From Candidatus Undinarchaeales archaeon (GTDB lineage: Archaea > SpSt-1190 > JASMDC01), in NCBI GenBank assembly GCA_030753015.1, contig JASMDC010000056.1, positions 1 through 19,400 of the forward strand: DNA of 19,400 nt, written 5' to 3'. Below are positions 1 through 8,243 of the stretch, piece after piece. Position 1 is the stretch's first letter. Each line of letters starts with the position of its first letter. The translations under genes and the position numbers were made by a program. Below the pieces are notes generated by a model. It did not search any database. It was not told the origin of the DNA and saw only the letters and a list, made by a program, of their open reading frames with translations.

Positions 1-44
1 CCGCTCCGGGGAGGGAAGTCCTCGCACAGGAACAGCACCCTCAT
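1..44 (-). CDS. Glycosyltransferase family 4 protein, N-terminal fragment (runs off left edge)
   Basis: Not in the ORF track. Reverse complement of 1-44 reads MRVLFLCEDFPPRSG, a typical GT4 N-terminal strand plus FPPxxGG loop. Its ATG (44-42) overlaps the TGA of the GT4 at 41-1171 (ATGA coupling). Confidence 0.75.
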   Translation of the reverse strand, partial: MRVLFLCEDFPPRS

Positions 45-1171
45 CCCGTCAGCCCCTCGTACACCGCCAGGTATCGTTTGACGGCCTCGTCCCAGGTGAA
101 GCGCGCCGTGTACTCGACGCCGGCGGATCCCATCCGTCCCGCAAGGGCTCGATCGTCCAAGAGCCGGTTGACGGCCTCCGCGATGGCCCGCGGATCTCTC
201 GGTTCGACGAGGATGCCCGTGACGCCGTCCTTGACGACCTCCGGGAGCGATCCCGCCCGTGATGCGACAACGGGCCGCCCCAGTGCCGACGCCTCCGCGG
301 CGCAGAACCCGAACCCCTCGGAGATCGAGGGGACGACGACGACGTCCCCGAGTGAGACGTAATCCGGCACGTCCTCCCTGGGCTGGCTGGGTATGAGGCG
401 GATCCGGTCGCCCAGGTCGAGCTCCCGGATCATGCGCACGCTCCGCTCGTACTCGTCCCGTGGCTTCTTCGTCATCATGAAGACGAAGGTGGCGTCGTCG
501 TTTATGTGGGGGAGCGCCCGGATGAGGTGCTCGGTTCCCTTGGTGACGCCCGGCCGGCCGAAGTAGAGCACCGTGGGGCCGTCCAGCCCGAGCTCGCTCC
601 TCAGTCCCGAGACGTCACGGGGCGTGAACGCGTCCTCCAGGCCGTTGTATACCACCGTCACCCGGTCGGCCGGGATCCCCGCGCGCACCAGCCGGTCCTT
701 GGTGTACTGGCTGACACTGATGATGTGGTCGTAAGGAAGGGAGATGATGCACTTCTCAGCCAGCCGGTGAGCGGTGGCGCTCGCCGCGCCCATCCCGAGG
801 TCGTGCCAGAGCTCGTCGAAGACCTCGTGGATAGTCGTGACGAGGGGCTTGCCATGGAACATCTTGGCCTTGAAGGCCGGGAGGCACGATGTGAATATCG
901 ACGTGTGGACCACGTCCGCGTTGCGAGCTGCCCTCACCGCCGCGGGGATACCGGACAGGGCGAACAGGTAGCGGTCGAAGCGGGACTCGATCCAGGGACG
1001 GTACACGGCGACACCGTTGACAACTTCGTGCTTCGAGGTCCCTGTGACACGACTGGTGATGACCGTCACCTCGTGGCCCTGATCGACTAAGCGTTCGGCT
1101 ACATTCTGGAACACGATCTCGCCACCACCGATATTAGGGTGGTAGTAATCGATCACATAGAGGATGTTCAT
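41..1171 (-). CDS. GT4 (GT-B fold) glycosyltransferase, 376 aa
   Basis: N-terminal YHPNIGGGE, YFGRPGVTKG, and the EX7E motif EGFGFCAAE followed by GRPVVAS...GSLPEVV...G. ATGA overlap with the upstream DUF2304 gene. Confidence 0.95.
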   Translation of the reverse strand: MNILYVIDYYHPNIGGGEIVFQNVAERLVDQGHEVTVITSRVTGTSKHEVVNGVAVYRPWIESRFDRYLFALSGIPAAVRAARNADVVHTSIFTSCLPAFKAKMFHGKPLVTTIHEVFDELWHDLGMGAASATAHRLAEKCIISLPYDHIISVSQYTKDRLVRAGIPADRVTVVYNGLEDAFTPRDVSGLRSELGLDGPTVLYFGRPGVTKGTEHLIRALPHINDDATFVFMMTKKPRDEYERSVRMIRELDLGDRIRLIPSQPREDVPDYVSLGDVVVVPSISEGFGFCAAEASALGRPVVASRAGSLPEVVKDGVTGILVEPRDPRAIAEAVNRLLDDRALAGRMGSAGVEYTARFTWDEAVKRYLAVYEGLTG

Positions 1172-1527
1172 TTGCTGGACCCGGTCTCATCTAGCTTTTC
1201 GTTGAAGATAGCGATCTCCCGCGTCATCTGGGTGATGTCACGTCGCTGCTGTTCGAAGAGCCCGAAAATTAGGTTGAGGCCCGTGAAGGCGACGAGGAGG
1301 GAGAGTGCGAACAGAGCGTCGAGAGGCCGCTGGAACATGAAGACCGCTGCTGTGTACTGCTGAAGGAGGTCGGGGAACAGAGCGAACACAATCACAATCG
1401 ACCAGAGCGCCCCCCAGGTCCAGACCTCCCACCTACGGAAGATGCGAAGACGGTACTTCTCGTAGCTCTTCAGTATCATGAAGGCCGCGATGAACACAAC
1501 CACGAGCTGGAACGGGTGGATCGCCAT
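1168..1527 (-). CDS. DUF2304-family small membrane protein (GacJ/Rv3632-like partner of a polyprenyl-phosphate sugar synthase), 119 aa
   Basis: Three hydrophobic segments, FPD, RPLDA and C-terminal ITQMTREIAI. Lies directly downstream of a DPM1-like GT2. Confidence 0.85.
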   Translation of the reverse strand: MAIHPFQLVVVFIAAFMILKSYEKYRLRIFRRWEVWTWGALWSIVIVFALFPDLLQQYTAAVFMFQRPLDALFALSLLVAFTGLNLIFGLFEQQRRDITQMTREIAIFNEKLDETGSSK

Positions 1528-1548
1528 GGGGCCCGGGAAGCCGGGTAT

Positions 1549-1556
1549 CTATAAAA
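1549..1556 (-). promoter_or_regulatory. Archaeal TATA-like box TTTTATAG for the DUF2304 gene (leaderless)
   Basis: Only AT-rich patch in the 31-nt gap. The TTTATA core starts 28 nt upstream of ATG 1527. Confidence 0.6.
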
Positions 1557-1558
1557 GA

Positions 1559-2245
1559 CTAGCGCTTGAGGTCCCGAAAGAAGGCGCGAACCATCTTGGT
1601 AGCGATGCTCGTCCCGTGCCATACCTGGGTTCCTCGCTCGACGTGGTAGTCCTCGTAGAGGGTGGCGATGGGCACCTCCTCGATGGTGAGGTGGTTCTGT
1701 GCTGCGATCTTGATGATCTCGGAGGAGACGGCATAGTCATCGTAGTAGATGTCCATCACCTCGATGGCCCGTCTGTTCATGGCACGCAGCCCCGACTGTG
1801 AATCGGTTACACGGCTCCCGAACAGCATGTTGGTAAGCGTCGTGAGGAACGAGTTGCCGAGCGTCTTCACCTGCGGCATCTCGCCGTCGCGCTCGATGAA
1901 GCGGGATCCGATGACTATATCTGCGGTGCCCTCGATGACGGGAGCCACCACGCGCTCGAGGTCGTCCGCCGTGTGTTGGCCATCGGCATCGCACGTCGCC
2001 GCGTACTCGAAGCCCTCCATCCTGGCGATGGCGAACCCGGTCCCCAAGGCGCCGCCGAGACCGCGGTTCAGGGGATGGCTCACGATCCTAGCGCCATGGC
2101 GGTGGACCACCTCGCGCGTGTCGTCCTCGCTGCAGTCATCGACGACCAGGATGTTCGGGAACACATCGCCCAGTGCATCCAGCACCGCGCCGATGCGGGT
2201 GGCCTCGTTGTAGGCCGGAACGATGACCAACACATCCTCGTGCAT
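1559..2245 (-). CDS. GT2 DPM1-like polyprenyl/dolichyl-phosphate hexose or HexNAc synthase (PpgS/GacI-like), about 228 aa
   Basis: IVPAYNE, VVDDCSED, NRGLGGA, DADGQH, IGSRF, TDSQSGLRA, EVPI. Start placed at the second ATG (2245) from TATA spacing; ATG 2251 is the alternative. Confidence 0.9.
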   Translation of the reverse strand: MHEDVLVIVPAYNEATRIGAVLDALGDVFPNILVVDDCSEDDTREVVHRHGARIVSHPLNRGLGGALGTGFAIARMEGFEYAATCDADGQHTADDLERVVAPVIEGTADIVIGSRFIERDGEMPQVKTLGNSFLTTLTNMLFGSRVTDSQSGLRAMNRRAIEVMDIYYDDYAVSSEIIKIAAQNHLTIEEVPIATLYEDYHVERGTQVWHGTSIATKMVRAFFRDLKR

Positions 2246-2265
2246 GTACATCGTATCCCGGGGGT

Positions 2266-2273
2266 GGTTTAAA
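2266..2273 (-). promoter_or_regulatory. TATA-like box TTTAAACC for the GT2 gene
   Basis: Core begins 28 nt upstream of ATG 2245. Confidence 0.55.
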
Positions 2274-2327
2274 TGGGTTTCGCAGAGGTTGGTAGGTTAA
2301 TCGCGGGCAGTGACGATCGTCGACAGC

Positions 2328-3872
2328 TCACCGCCCGTCCCCGGGGGGGGGCCTCAGTGGCTTGAACAGGGCCATCCTACCACTGCTGTACACGCGGTCG
2401 GCGGCAACCACATCGGTCCAGTACGGGACGTGCGTCCTGTTCTGAACGAGCATATACGCCCCGGGCGGAGGCGCCGCCCCACTCTCTACGATCGCTCGTG
2501 ACGCGAGTGAGGGCACGGGCGAGCGGCGGAACGCCCCAAGATAGTCAGAAGAGGACACGATGTCCGCGTCAGGTAGATACTGGTTCGTCCAGCGAAAGGT
2601 CGGGAGCATCCATGCCCACGGGTTGGTGCCGTACACCACATCGTCCACATGGAGCGTCTGCACGAGCACGAAGGCGAGGAGCACTGCCGCGATCCGCCCG
2701 TGACGTCTTATACGGACGACGCCCGCCGCCACTGCAAGGATCAGAAACGGGAACCAGTACTCCAGCCCCCTCCCCACGACACTGCCCTGGGCCTTGCCGA
2801 GCATGAAGTTGATGACGAGGACCAGGAGCGGTGTCAGGAGACGGATGTCGTTGGACGACGACAGGTAAAGTACCACAATCGCAGAGAGGACCAGGTTCCG
2901 CCGTGCGGAACCGGATACGCCCGCGAGCCCCGAGGAGAACGCAGGGACAATCAACGACTGGACAATGAGCAGCAGCGCCAACGCTCGGGTGAGCGAGAAT
3001 GGGATTTCTAGGCCAGGACGCGAGGGGCCCTGCGAAAGCGACCGGTGGACCACGTTCAGGGCCATGAACCCGAGAAGCGCGAGGAAGACCGTCCCCGGGC
3101 CGGTGGCCGGTGCGAGGTACGTGCTCAGGGGATAGGTGTAGAACGCTATGAAGTCGCCTACCGAGAACTGCCCCCACCACGGCCCGGCCAGCACCCACGG
3201 GTACACGATGAGCGACAGTCCGTCCATAGCCCTGGCGTCCGCACGCCCCCTGACGAGGAGGCCCATGAGGAGCGAATGGACGAGGATGACGCCCGCCGCG
3301 TAGGAGTAGGTCGCGTGGTGGATCACGAAGGCCGCGCTCAGCAGGATACCGCACAGGTGATAGGCCCGCGCGGAGCCCCTCGCCTGATGCTCGTGAAGCT
3401 GATAGAGGATCAGGGCGAAAAGTCCACAGAAACCGAAGAGGTTCCCCGATAGGCCAAAGAGCGGCCGATAGATGCACGCAAGAAGGAGGGCCGCCCGGGC
3501 GGTCGCCAGTGAACGGGTGAGCCCCTTTGTTATCAGATATACGATCCCGAGAGCCCAAAGGTTCACACTGAGGAGGAGGAGGTCGGTCGCGGCCTGAGGA
3601 TCGACGCCGGTCATCCTGATGATGTTCGTTACCAGAATATGGAGGCCCGGCGGATATGCCACATGGTTGAATGAGAGCTCGGTGTCCTGGAGCGGGATCA
3701 TGCCCGTACCGAGCATGGTCTGGACGATGCGGAGGTGACGCGGGCCGTCGTACCAGGGATGGACGAACCCTTCGGCGGCAACGGCCCGATACCATCGCGC
3801 GAGGAGGATGAACAGGACAACGAGCACCAGCATGCGCCATTGTGCGCTCGAGCGCCCCCGCGCCCTTATCAT
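2328..3872 (-). CDS. Polytopic membrane protein, predicted GT-C superfamily glycosyltransferase (DUF2206/DUF6541-like), about 514 aa
   Basis: First loop WYDGPRHLR...TG.IP...YPPGLH resembles the Asp-containing first loop of GT-C enzymes. About 12 hydrophobic segments, a membrane His (IHHAT), an Arg before the last TMs, and a soluble C-terminus ending RVYSSG..LF. Start moved from 3908 to ATG 3872, which overlaps the upstream TGA (ATGA). Confidence 0.7.
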   Translation of the reverse strand: MIRARGRSSAQWRMLVLVVLFILLARWYRAVAAEGFVHPWYDGPRHLRIVQTMLGTGMIPLQDTELSFNHVAYPPGLHILVTNIIRMTGVDPQAATDLLLLSVNLWALGIVYLITKGLTRSLATARAALLLACIYRPLFGLSGNLFGFCGLFALILYQLHEHQARGSARAYHLCGILLSAAFVIHHATYSYAAGVILVHSLLMGLLVRGRADARAMDGLSLIVYPWVLAGPWWGQFSVGDFIAFYTYPLSTYLAPATGPGTVFLALLGFMALNVVHRSLSQGPSRPGLEIPFSLTRALALLLIVQSLIVPAFSSGLAGVSGSARRNLVLSAIVVLYLSSSNDIRLLTPLLVLVINFMLGKAQGSVVGRGLEYWFPFLILAVAAGVVRIRRHGRIAAVLLAFVLVQTLHVDDVVYGTNPWAWMLPTFRWTNQYLPDADIVSSSDYLGAFRRSPVPSLASRAIVESGAAPPPGAYMLVQNRTHVPYWTDVVAADRVYSSGRMALFKPLRPPPGDGR

Positions 3873-4573
3873 CGGGCGACACCCCCCAGTCTCAGGTCGA
3901 TCATGCATGAGCGGTCGTGCTCCGGCGACACCCGCATCCAGAACGAGATGATGTCATCGACATAGGCGTCGCGGGAGCGGACCGAGACATCGAGTTGGTA
4001 CCATCCAGTTATCTCAGGAGCGCGGAAGGTGCTCGTGACGGTCAAGCTCGCGCGCGCGTCGATGGTGTACGTCGAACGCTCGAGCACCGACGCGTTCAAT
4101 CCGACAACCGCGTCATAGACCAGTTCACTCGGTCCCGGATTACGGATAATATACCGGAACGATAAAGGGGTTCCGGGGTATGCACAGCGGGGGAACGAGG
4201 AGAGCACGGCCGACCGATCCGTCGCAGAGAGCACGGTGAGGTGACCGCCGTCATGCACCACCGTCCGCGACAGCGTCGAGCCACCCGCCACCATGTACAG
4301 CCATTCACCATCGTCCACACTGCCGTCATGGTCCATGTCCGCGAACACGATGCTTGCGTTCTGCCCGTCCCCGCCGGTCCGGGAAAGGGCTACAGGGCCA
4401 CGGGAGACGCCGAAAGGGACTTCCCAGGTCTGCAGGAAGAGTTGGGGCGCTTGGGACGTACCGCCGACGTGCCTTGTCATGAGGGCCACGTAGATTACAG
4501 TGATGATGATAAGGCCCATGTAGAAGGTCTGGACCGAGCGCTCGTCCAAGGACAGGAACGAGATGGATCCCAC
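3869..4573 (-). CDS. Membrane-anchored DUF1616-like protein with Ig-like C-terminal domain and a DxDxDG calcium-binding loop, 234 aa
   Basis: Single N-terminal TM, then P...PG..LSFRYIIRN.....Y, G.YQL and ISFWMRV, matching my recollection of the DUF1616 C-terminal domain. Loop DMDHDGSVDDGE; two NAS sequons. GTG start is uncertain. Confidence 0.65.
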   Translation of the reverse strand: MGSISFLSLDERSVQTFYMGLIIITVIYVALMTRHVGGTSQAPQLFLQTWEVPFGVSRGPVALSRTGGDGQNASIVFADMDHDGSVDDGEWLYMVAGGSTLSRTVVHDGGHLTVLSATDRSAVLSSFPRCAYPGTPLSFRYIIRNPGPSELVYDAVVGLNASVLERSTYTIDARASLTVTSTFRAPEITGWYQLDVSVRSRDAYVDDIISFWMRVSPEHDRSCMIDLRLGGVAR

Positions 4574-4645
4574 TCTGGCGGGGGCGTCCTCGCTCGTTCG
4601 TCTCTCATTGCCTTCTCCGATGTCTGGGATTCAGGAATCGCGGAC

Positions 4646-4653
4646 ATATAAAA
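4646..4653 (-). promoter_or_regulatory. TATA-like box TTTTATAT for the leftward DUF1616/GT-C unit
   Basis: AT-rich patch in the divergent intergenic region. Implies a short leader. Confidence 0.5.
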
Positions 4654-4728
4654 CAACGCATCGCAACCGAGCCTGGCCGCGGGACGGGGGCCAGCGAACA
4701 CGCACGTACGGCGGCGAAAGGTACAACC

Positions 4729-4736
4729 TATTTGAA
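4729..4736 (+). promoter_or_regulatory. Degenerate TATA-like box TATTTGAA for wecB
   Basis: TTTGAA starts 29 nt upstream of ATG 4760. Confidence 0.4.
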
Positions 4737-4759
4737 TCCTGATGGACATCTATCGTCTC

Positions 4760-5851
4760 ATGATGCCCTGTCTCGTCCTAGGGACGCGGCCCGAGATCAT
4801 CAAGATGGCGCCCGTGATCAGGGAGCTGGGTGCGCGGGAAATCCCCTTCCGGCTCGTCCACACCGGCCAACACTACTCCCCGGACCTAGACGGAGTGTTC
4901 TTCGACGACCTCGGGCTACCGCCACCCGACATCAACCTCGGCGTGGGCTCGGGAACCCATGCAGAGGAGACCGCAGGTATCATGGTGGGAGTGGAGAGGG
5001 CGCTCCTGAAGGGCGGCGCCGACATCACGCTCGTCCTGGGGGACACCAACTCCACGCTTGGCGGGGCGCTCGCTGCTGCCAAGCTCCACGTCCCCCTCGG
5101 CCACATAGAGGCTGGGCTCCGGAGCCATGACCGTCGTATGCCCGAGGAGATCAACCGCGTGCTCACCGACCACTGCTCGGACTTCCTGTTCCCCCCCACA
5201 CCGAACGCGGAGCACGGGCTCCTAGCGGAGGGCATCGACGCCGAGAAGATGCGCACCACCGGAAACACCATCGTCGACGCAGTCGAGCAGAGCATCGCCA
5301 TCGCCAGGGAGCGCTCCACCATCCTGGAGGAGCTCCGCCTCGAACCAAGCAGCTACCTGCTGGCCACCGCGCATCGGCATGAGAACGTGGACGACAGGAC
5401 TAAGCTGGCCGTCATCATGGAGGGGTTGGGCAGGGTTGCTGCGCGCCTAGATCTGCCCATCGTCTGTCCACTGCATCCCCGGACGAAGAACCGGCTCGGA
5501 GAGTTCGGGCTCTCCGTCCCGCAGGGGGTCATGGTAACGGAGCCGCTGGGGTACCTCGATTTCCTCCACCTGGAGGCGCACGCCCGCATCGTCCTGACCG
5601 ACTCCGGCGGCATCCAGGAGGAAGCATGCATCCTGGGCGTCCCCTGCGTCACGTTCCGGGACAACACGGAGCGGCCCGAGACCCTAGAGGTCGGCTCTAA
5701 CGTGCTCGCGGGGACCGACCCGGAGCGCATGGTGGAGTGTGCCAGGAACATGCTAAAGGCGGCAGGCGGCTGGACGAACCCGTTCGGCGACGGCAAGGCC
5801 GCAGGACGCATCGTGGACTCCCTCTTCGACGGATCATGGCTCCACAAGTGA
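4760..5851 (+). CDS. wecB: UDP-N-acetylglucosamine 2-epimerase (non-hydrolysing), about 363 aa
   Basis: GTRPEIIK, HTGQH, GDTNS, HIEAGLRS, MPEEINR, HRHEN, TDSGGIQEEA, TERPE, NPFGDGKAA. Start moved from 4742 to 4760 by family N-terminus length and TATA spacing. Confidence 0.96.
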   Translation: MMPCLVLGTRPEIIKMAPVIRELGAREIPFRLVHTGQHYSPDLDGVFFDDLGLPPPDINLGVGSGTHAEETAGIMVGVERALLKGGADITLVLGDTNSTLGGALAAAKLHVPLGHIEAGLRSHDRRMPEEINRVLTDHCSDFLFPPTPNAEHGLLAEGIDAEKMRTTGNTIVDAVEQSIAIARERSTILEELRLEPSSYLLATAHRHENVDDRTKLAVIMEGLGRVAARLDLPIVCPLHPRTKNRLGEFGLSVPQGVMVTEPLGYLDFLHLEAHARIVLTDSGGIQEEACILGVPCVTFRDNTERPETLEVGSNVLAGTDPERMVECARNMLKAAGGWTNPFGDGKAAGRIVDSLFDGSWLHK

Positions 5852-5962
5852 CCTCCCGCCAACTTCAGGCCGAGAGCGGACGCATCTATGTAGAGAACGG
5901 GCCGAGAAAACACCTTCACACGATGACGTGGCGAGCGGCGACGGTCCCCCGCTAGCGATTGA

Positions 5963-5970
5963 TTTATATA
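5963..5970 (+). promoter_or_regulatory. TATA box TTTATATA for the epimerase gene
   Basis: Consensus archaeal TATA box 32 nt upstream of ATG 5995. Confidence 0.7.
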
Positions 5971-5994
5971 TCACCGCGACATGACCGTGCCACG

Positions 5995-6945
5995 ATGCCC
6001 TCGCGTGCCTTCCTCATCACGGGCGGTGCGGGATTCATCGGCTCGCACCTGGCGGGAAGACTCCTCGAGAGCGGATCCGTGCGCGTGCTGGACAACCTCT
6101 CGCCCTATTACACCGGGAAAGGGGCCAACCTCTCTCACCTGGATGGGAAGGAGGGCTTCGAGTTCGTCGAGGGAGATGTCCTCGACGGTCCCACGCTTCG
6201 CCGTGCGTTGGACGGAGTCGACGTCGTCTTCCACCTCGCGGCCCAGCCGGGGGTTCGGGCCTCCGTGCAGGATCCCGCCACGACGCACCGGGCCAACGTC
6301 GAGGGTACACGGGCTGTGCTCGAGGCATGCAGGGACGTGGACATCACTATGCTCGTGAACGTGTCATCCTCATCAGTGTACGGAAGGGCGGACCAGCTCC
6401 CCCTGACTGAGGACATGCCCCTGTTCCCGATGTCGCCCTACGGTGCATCAAAGGCCGCCGCAGAGGCCTACTGCTCCGCGTACCATGCAGTCTACGATAT
6501 CCCCGTAGTCTCGCTGCGCTACTTCACGGTCTACGGCCCGCGCCAGCGGCCGGACATGGCCATCCACGGATTCACGAGGACCATCCTTGCAGGAGGGCGG
6601 CCCACGGTCTTCGGGGACGGACGGCAGACGCGCGACTACACGTATATCGATGACATCGTCGCCGGCACCATCGCCGCGAGCACGGGGGGTCGCCCCGGGG
6701 AGGCGTACAATCTGGGCGGGGGCCACCGTATCGACGTGATCGAACTCGTCCGTCTCATCGGCAAGGCCTGCGGCCGAACCGTGGAACCGTCGTTTGTTCC
6801 ATGGCAGACCGGGGACGTGCAGGACACGCTGGCCGACGTCTCCAAGGCCACCGACCACTTCGGGTACCGTCCGAGGACCGCTGTCGAGGAGGGCGTCCGC
6901 CGGTTCGTCGCGTGGTACCGTGAGCGAAGTCCCGCACGTACATGA
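5995..6945 (+). CDS. NAD-dependent nucleotide-sugar epimerase (extended SDR; UDP-glucuronate 4-epimerase-like), 316 aa
   Basis: TGGAGFIG, HLAAQPGVRAS, SSSSVYG, YGASK, RYFTVYGPRQRPDMA, RDYTYIDD. The track's TTG start at 5959 abuts the TATA box, so ATG 5995 is preferred. Substrate is inferred. Confidence 0.92.
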   Translation: MPSRAFLITGGAGFIGSHLAGRLLESGSVRVLDNLSPYYTGKGANLSHLDGKEGFEFVEGDVLDGPTLRRALDGVDVVFHLAAQPGVRASVQDPATTHRANVEGTRAVLEACRDVDITMLVNVSSSSVYGRADQLPLTEDMPLFPMSPYGASKAAAEAYCSAYHAVYDIPVVSLRYFTVYGPRQRPDMAIHGFTRTILAGGRPTVFGDGRQTRDYTYIDDIVAGTIAASTGGRPGEAYNLGGGHRIDVIELVRLIGKACGRTVEPSFVPWQTGDVQDTLADVSKATDHFGYRPRTAVEEGVRRFVAWYRERSPART

Positions 6946-7026
6946 AGGACCGTCCCTGCGGTGGTCATGGAAATAAATCCGGTCCATTGGAGAACTGCTA
7001 ACGGCGTTAGGGCGCGATGTGTAACG

Positions 7027-7033
7027 TTTATAT
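7027..7033 (+). promoter_or_regulatory. TATA box TTTATAT for the 7058 gene
   Basis: 31 nt upstream of ATG 7058. Confidence 0.65.
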
Positions 7034-7057
7034 GTCATCCGGCCCGAGCCCGTATCG

Positions 7058-8116
7058 ATGGTCCGGCACCGGCTCGCAGCGTCAGTTATCGTCCTGATGC
7101 TCATTATACCCGGTGCCCTCGGCGGTTGTATCGAGATCCTCGATACCGCCGTCGCGCGTCAGGAGTCCTATGTCTACCAGCTCAACACGCTCAGCTACTC
7201 GATCAACAACACGTGCAACGGAACGCGAGAGCTGGAGGTGTACATCAGCGCCATCAACGACGTTAGTTTCCTGGAGAACGCGACCCGGCGACTGGAGCTC
7301 GAGAACCTCACATCGTTCAGCATGCCATTCTATCCGATAAATGCTACGGAGGGCCCGTCATTCATCAATGTCGTTGTGACGGACCGGACAGAGGCCAAGT
7401 ATACCCTGACCGGCGGCCAGGCAACGCTCATCGTTTCCAATCCGCTCACAAGCGTTGCGTCCTGGTCCGTCGCCTTCGCGGTCCTGCTGGCGTTCATCCT
7501 CCGCAAACGACTGCACCAGCTCATAAAAAACGCTCCAGTGCTCACACTCATCGGTCTCTATCTCATCTACTGCAGCTACACGCTCGTCACCCAGGATGTG
7601 GTCCGGACGGCGGTGTTCGAGAAAGGCGTCCTCACGTCCGAGGTCGTCCTCTATGTCGAACTGGCAGTCGTCGGGATAGTCCTCGTCCTGTTCAATCGGA
7701 GCCTAGCGGCCCTGTTCCACCGTGATCCAATCGCCGCTATAGTCGCGCTCCTTGCCTTCGCGTATGTATTCCCCCCAACCCTCTACCTTGGCGAGGACGC
7801 GCTGGAGGCGATCACATCATGGTCGCTTGAACCTCTGAACGACGAGCTAATCTTCGTGTTCGGGCTGCCGCTCTTCGTGCTCAAGGAGCTGACACGGGTG
7901 TACTTCCTCGCTCCGGTGGGGATGCCGCTCATCATCATACTAGGTGTTCCTCTGACCATATTCTACTGGTCAGTCCTGCTCAAGTTCGTCGAGCGGGTGT
8001 TGACATCTCTTCGGAGCGACCTTGCGGCGTTGCGGGCCCGGCTCCCGGTCGAGGTCAAGGTGGTCGTTGAGACGAACTGCAAGAAGAAAGAGGATGACGA
8101 CGAGACCTCGAAATGA
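7058..8116 (+). CDS. Hypothetical membrane protein: signal peptide, Cys-pair beta-rich ectodomain, about 6 TM segments; paralogue of 13670-14638; 352 aa
   Basis: Hydrophobic N-terminus, then an ectodomain of about 105 aa with five N-X-T sequons, then a multi-TM region. Shares motifs with the 13670 gene. Confidence 0.85.
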   Translation: MVRHRLAASVIVLMLIIPGALGGCIEILDTAVARQESYVYQLNTLSYSINNTCNGTRELEVYISAINDVSFLENATRRLELENLTSFSMPFYPINATEGPSFINVVVTDRTEAKYTLTGGQATLIVSNPLTSVASWSVAFAVLLAFILRKRLHQLIKNAPVLTLIGLYLIYCSYTLVTQDVVRTAVFEKGVLTSEVVLYVELAVVGIVLVLFNRSLAALFHRDPIAAIVALLAFAYVFPPTLYLGEDALEAITSWSLEPLNDELIFVFGLPLFVLKELTRVYFLAPVGMPLIIILGVPLTIFYWSVLLKFVERVLTSLRSDLAALRARLPVEVKVVVETNCKKKEDDDETSK

Positions 8117-8174
8117 GCAGGGAATGCATACCGGGCCATGACCTCAGGGGTCATCGCCCACGAGCGACATCACA

Positions 8175-8182
8175 TTAATATA
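8175..8182 (+). promoter_or_regulatory. TATA-like box TTAATATA for the GT-C/methyltransferase unit (leadered)
   Basis: AT-rich patch about 69 nt upstream of 8244; a GGAGGTG SD-like sequence lies at about 8240-8246. Confidence 0.55.
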
Positions 8183-8243
8183 TTCCAATCCACCCCTCTC
8201 CGCCCGTGAGGGGAAAGGGTGCTCACGGCGATACCGACGGGAG

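Noticed and set aside
2312-2321. 10-bp palindrome GACGATCGTC after the GT-C stop
   Set aside because: Short, GC-rich, with no loop or U-tract. Compatible with chance.
2343-2351. G9 homopolymer as a possible phase-variation tract
   Set aside because: It lies within the last eight or so codons of the 2328-3872 gene, so slippage would barely change the protein.
2569-3882. Long alternative-frame ORFs (437 aa here; also 13583-14530, 15933-16898, 17259-18173, 9170-9445 and similar)
   Set aside because: Arg/Pro/Gly-rich shadow frames expected in high-GC DNA, overlapping well-supported genes and lacking motifs.
5852-5919. Minus-strand peptide VLYIDASALGLKL at the start of ORF 5353-5919 resembles a PIN/VapC N-terminus
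   Set aside because: Only about 23 codons lie outside wecB and the rest is antisense shadow with no further PIN acidic motifs. Probably chance.
7112-7135. ALGGC-I as an archaeal lipobox
   Set aside because: The equivalent Cys in the paralogue (ADGPCV) lacks a lipobox context and a second Cys is conserved in both, so a disulfide is more parsimonious. Not fully excluded.
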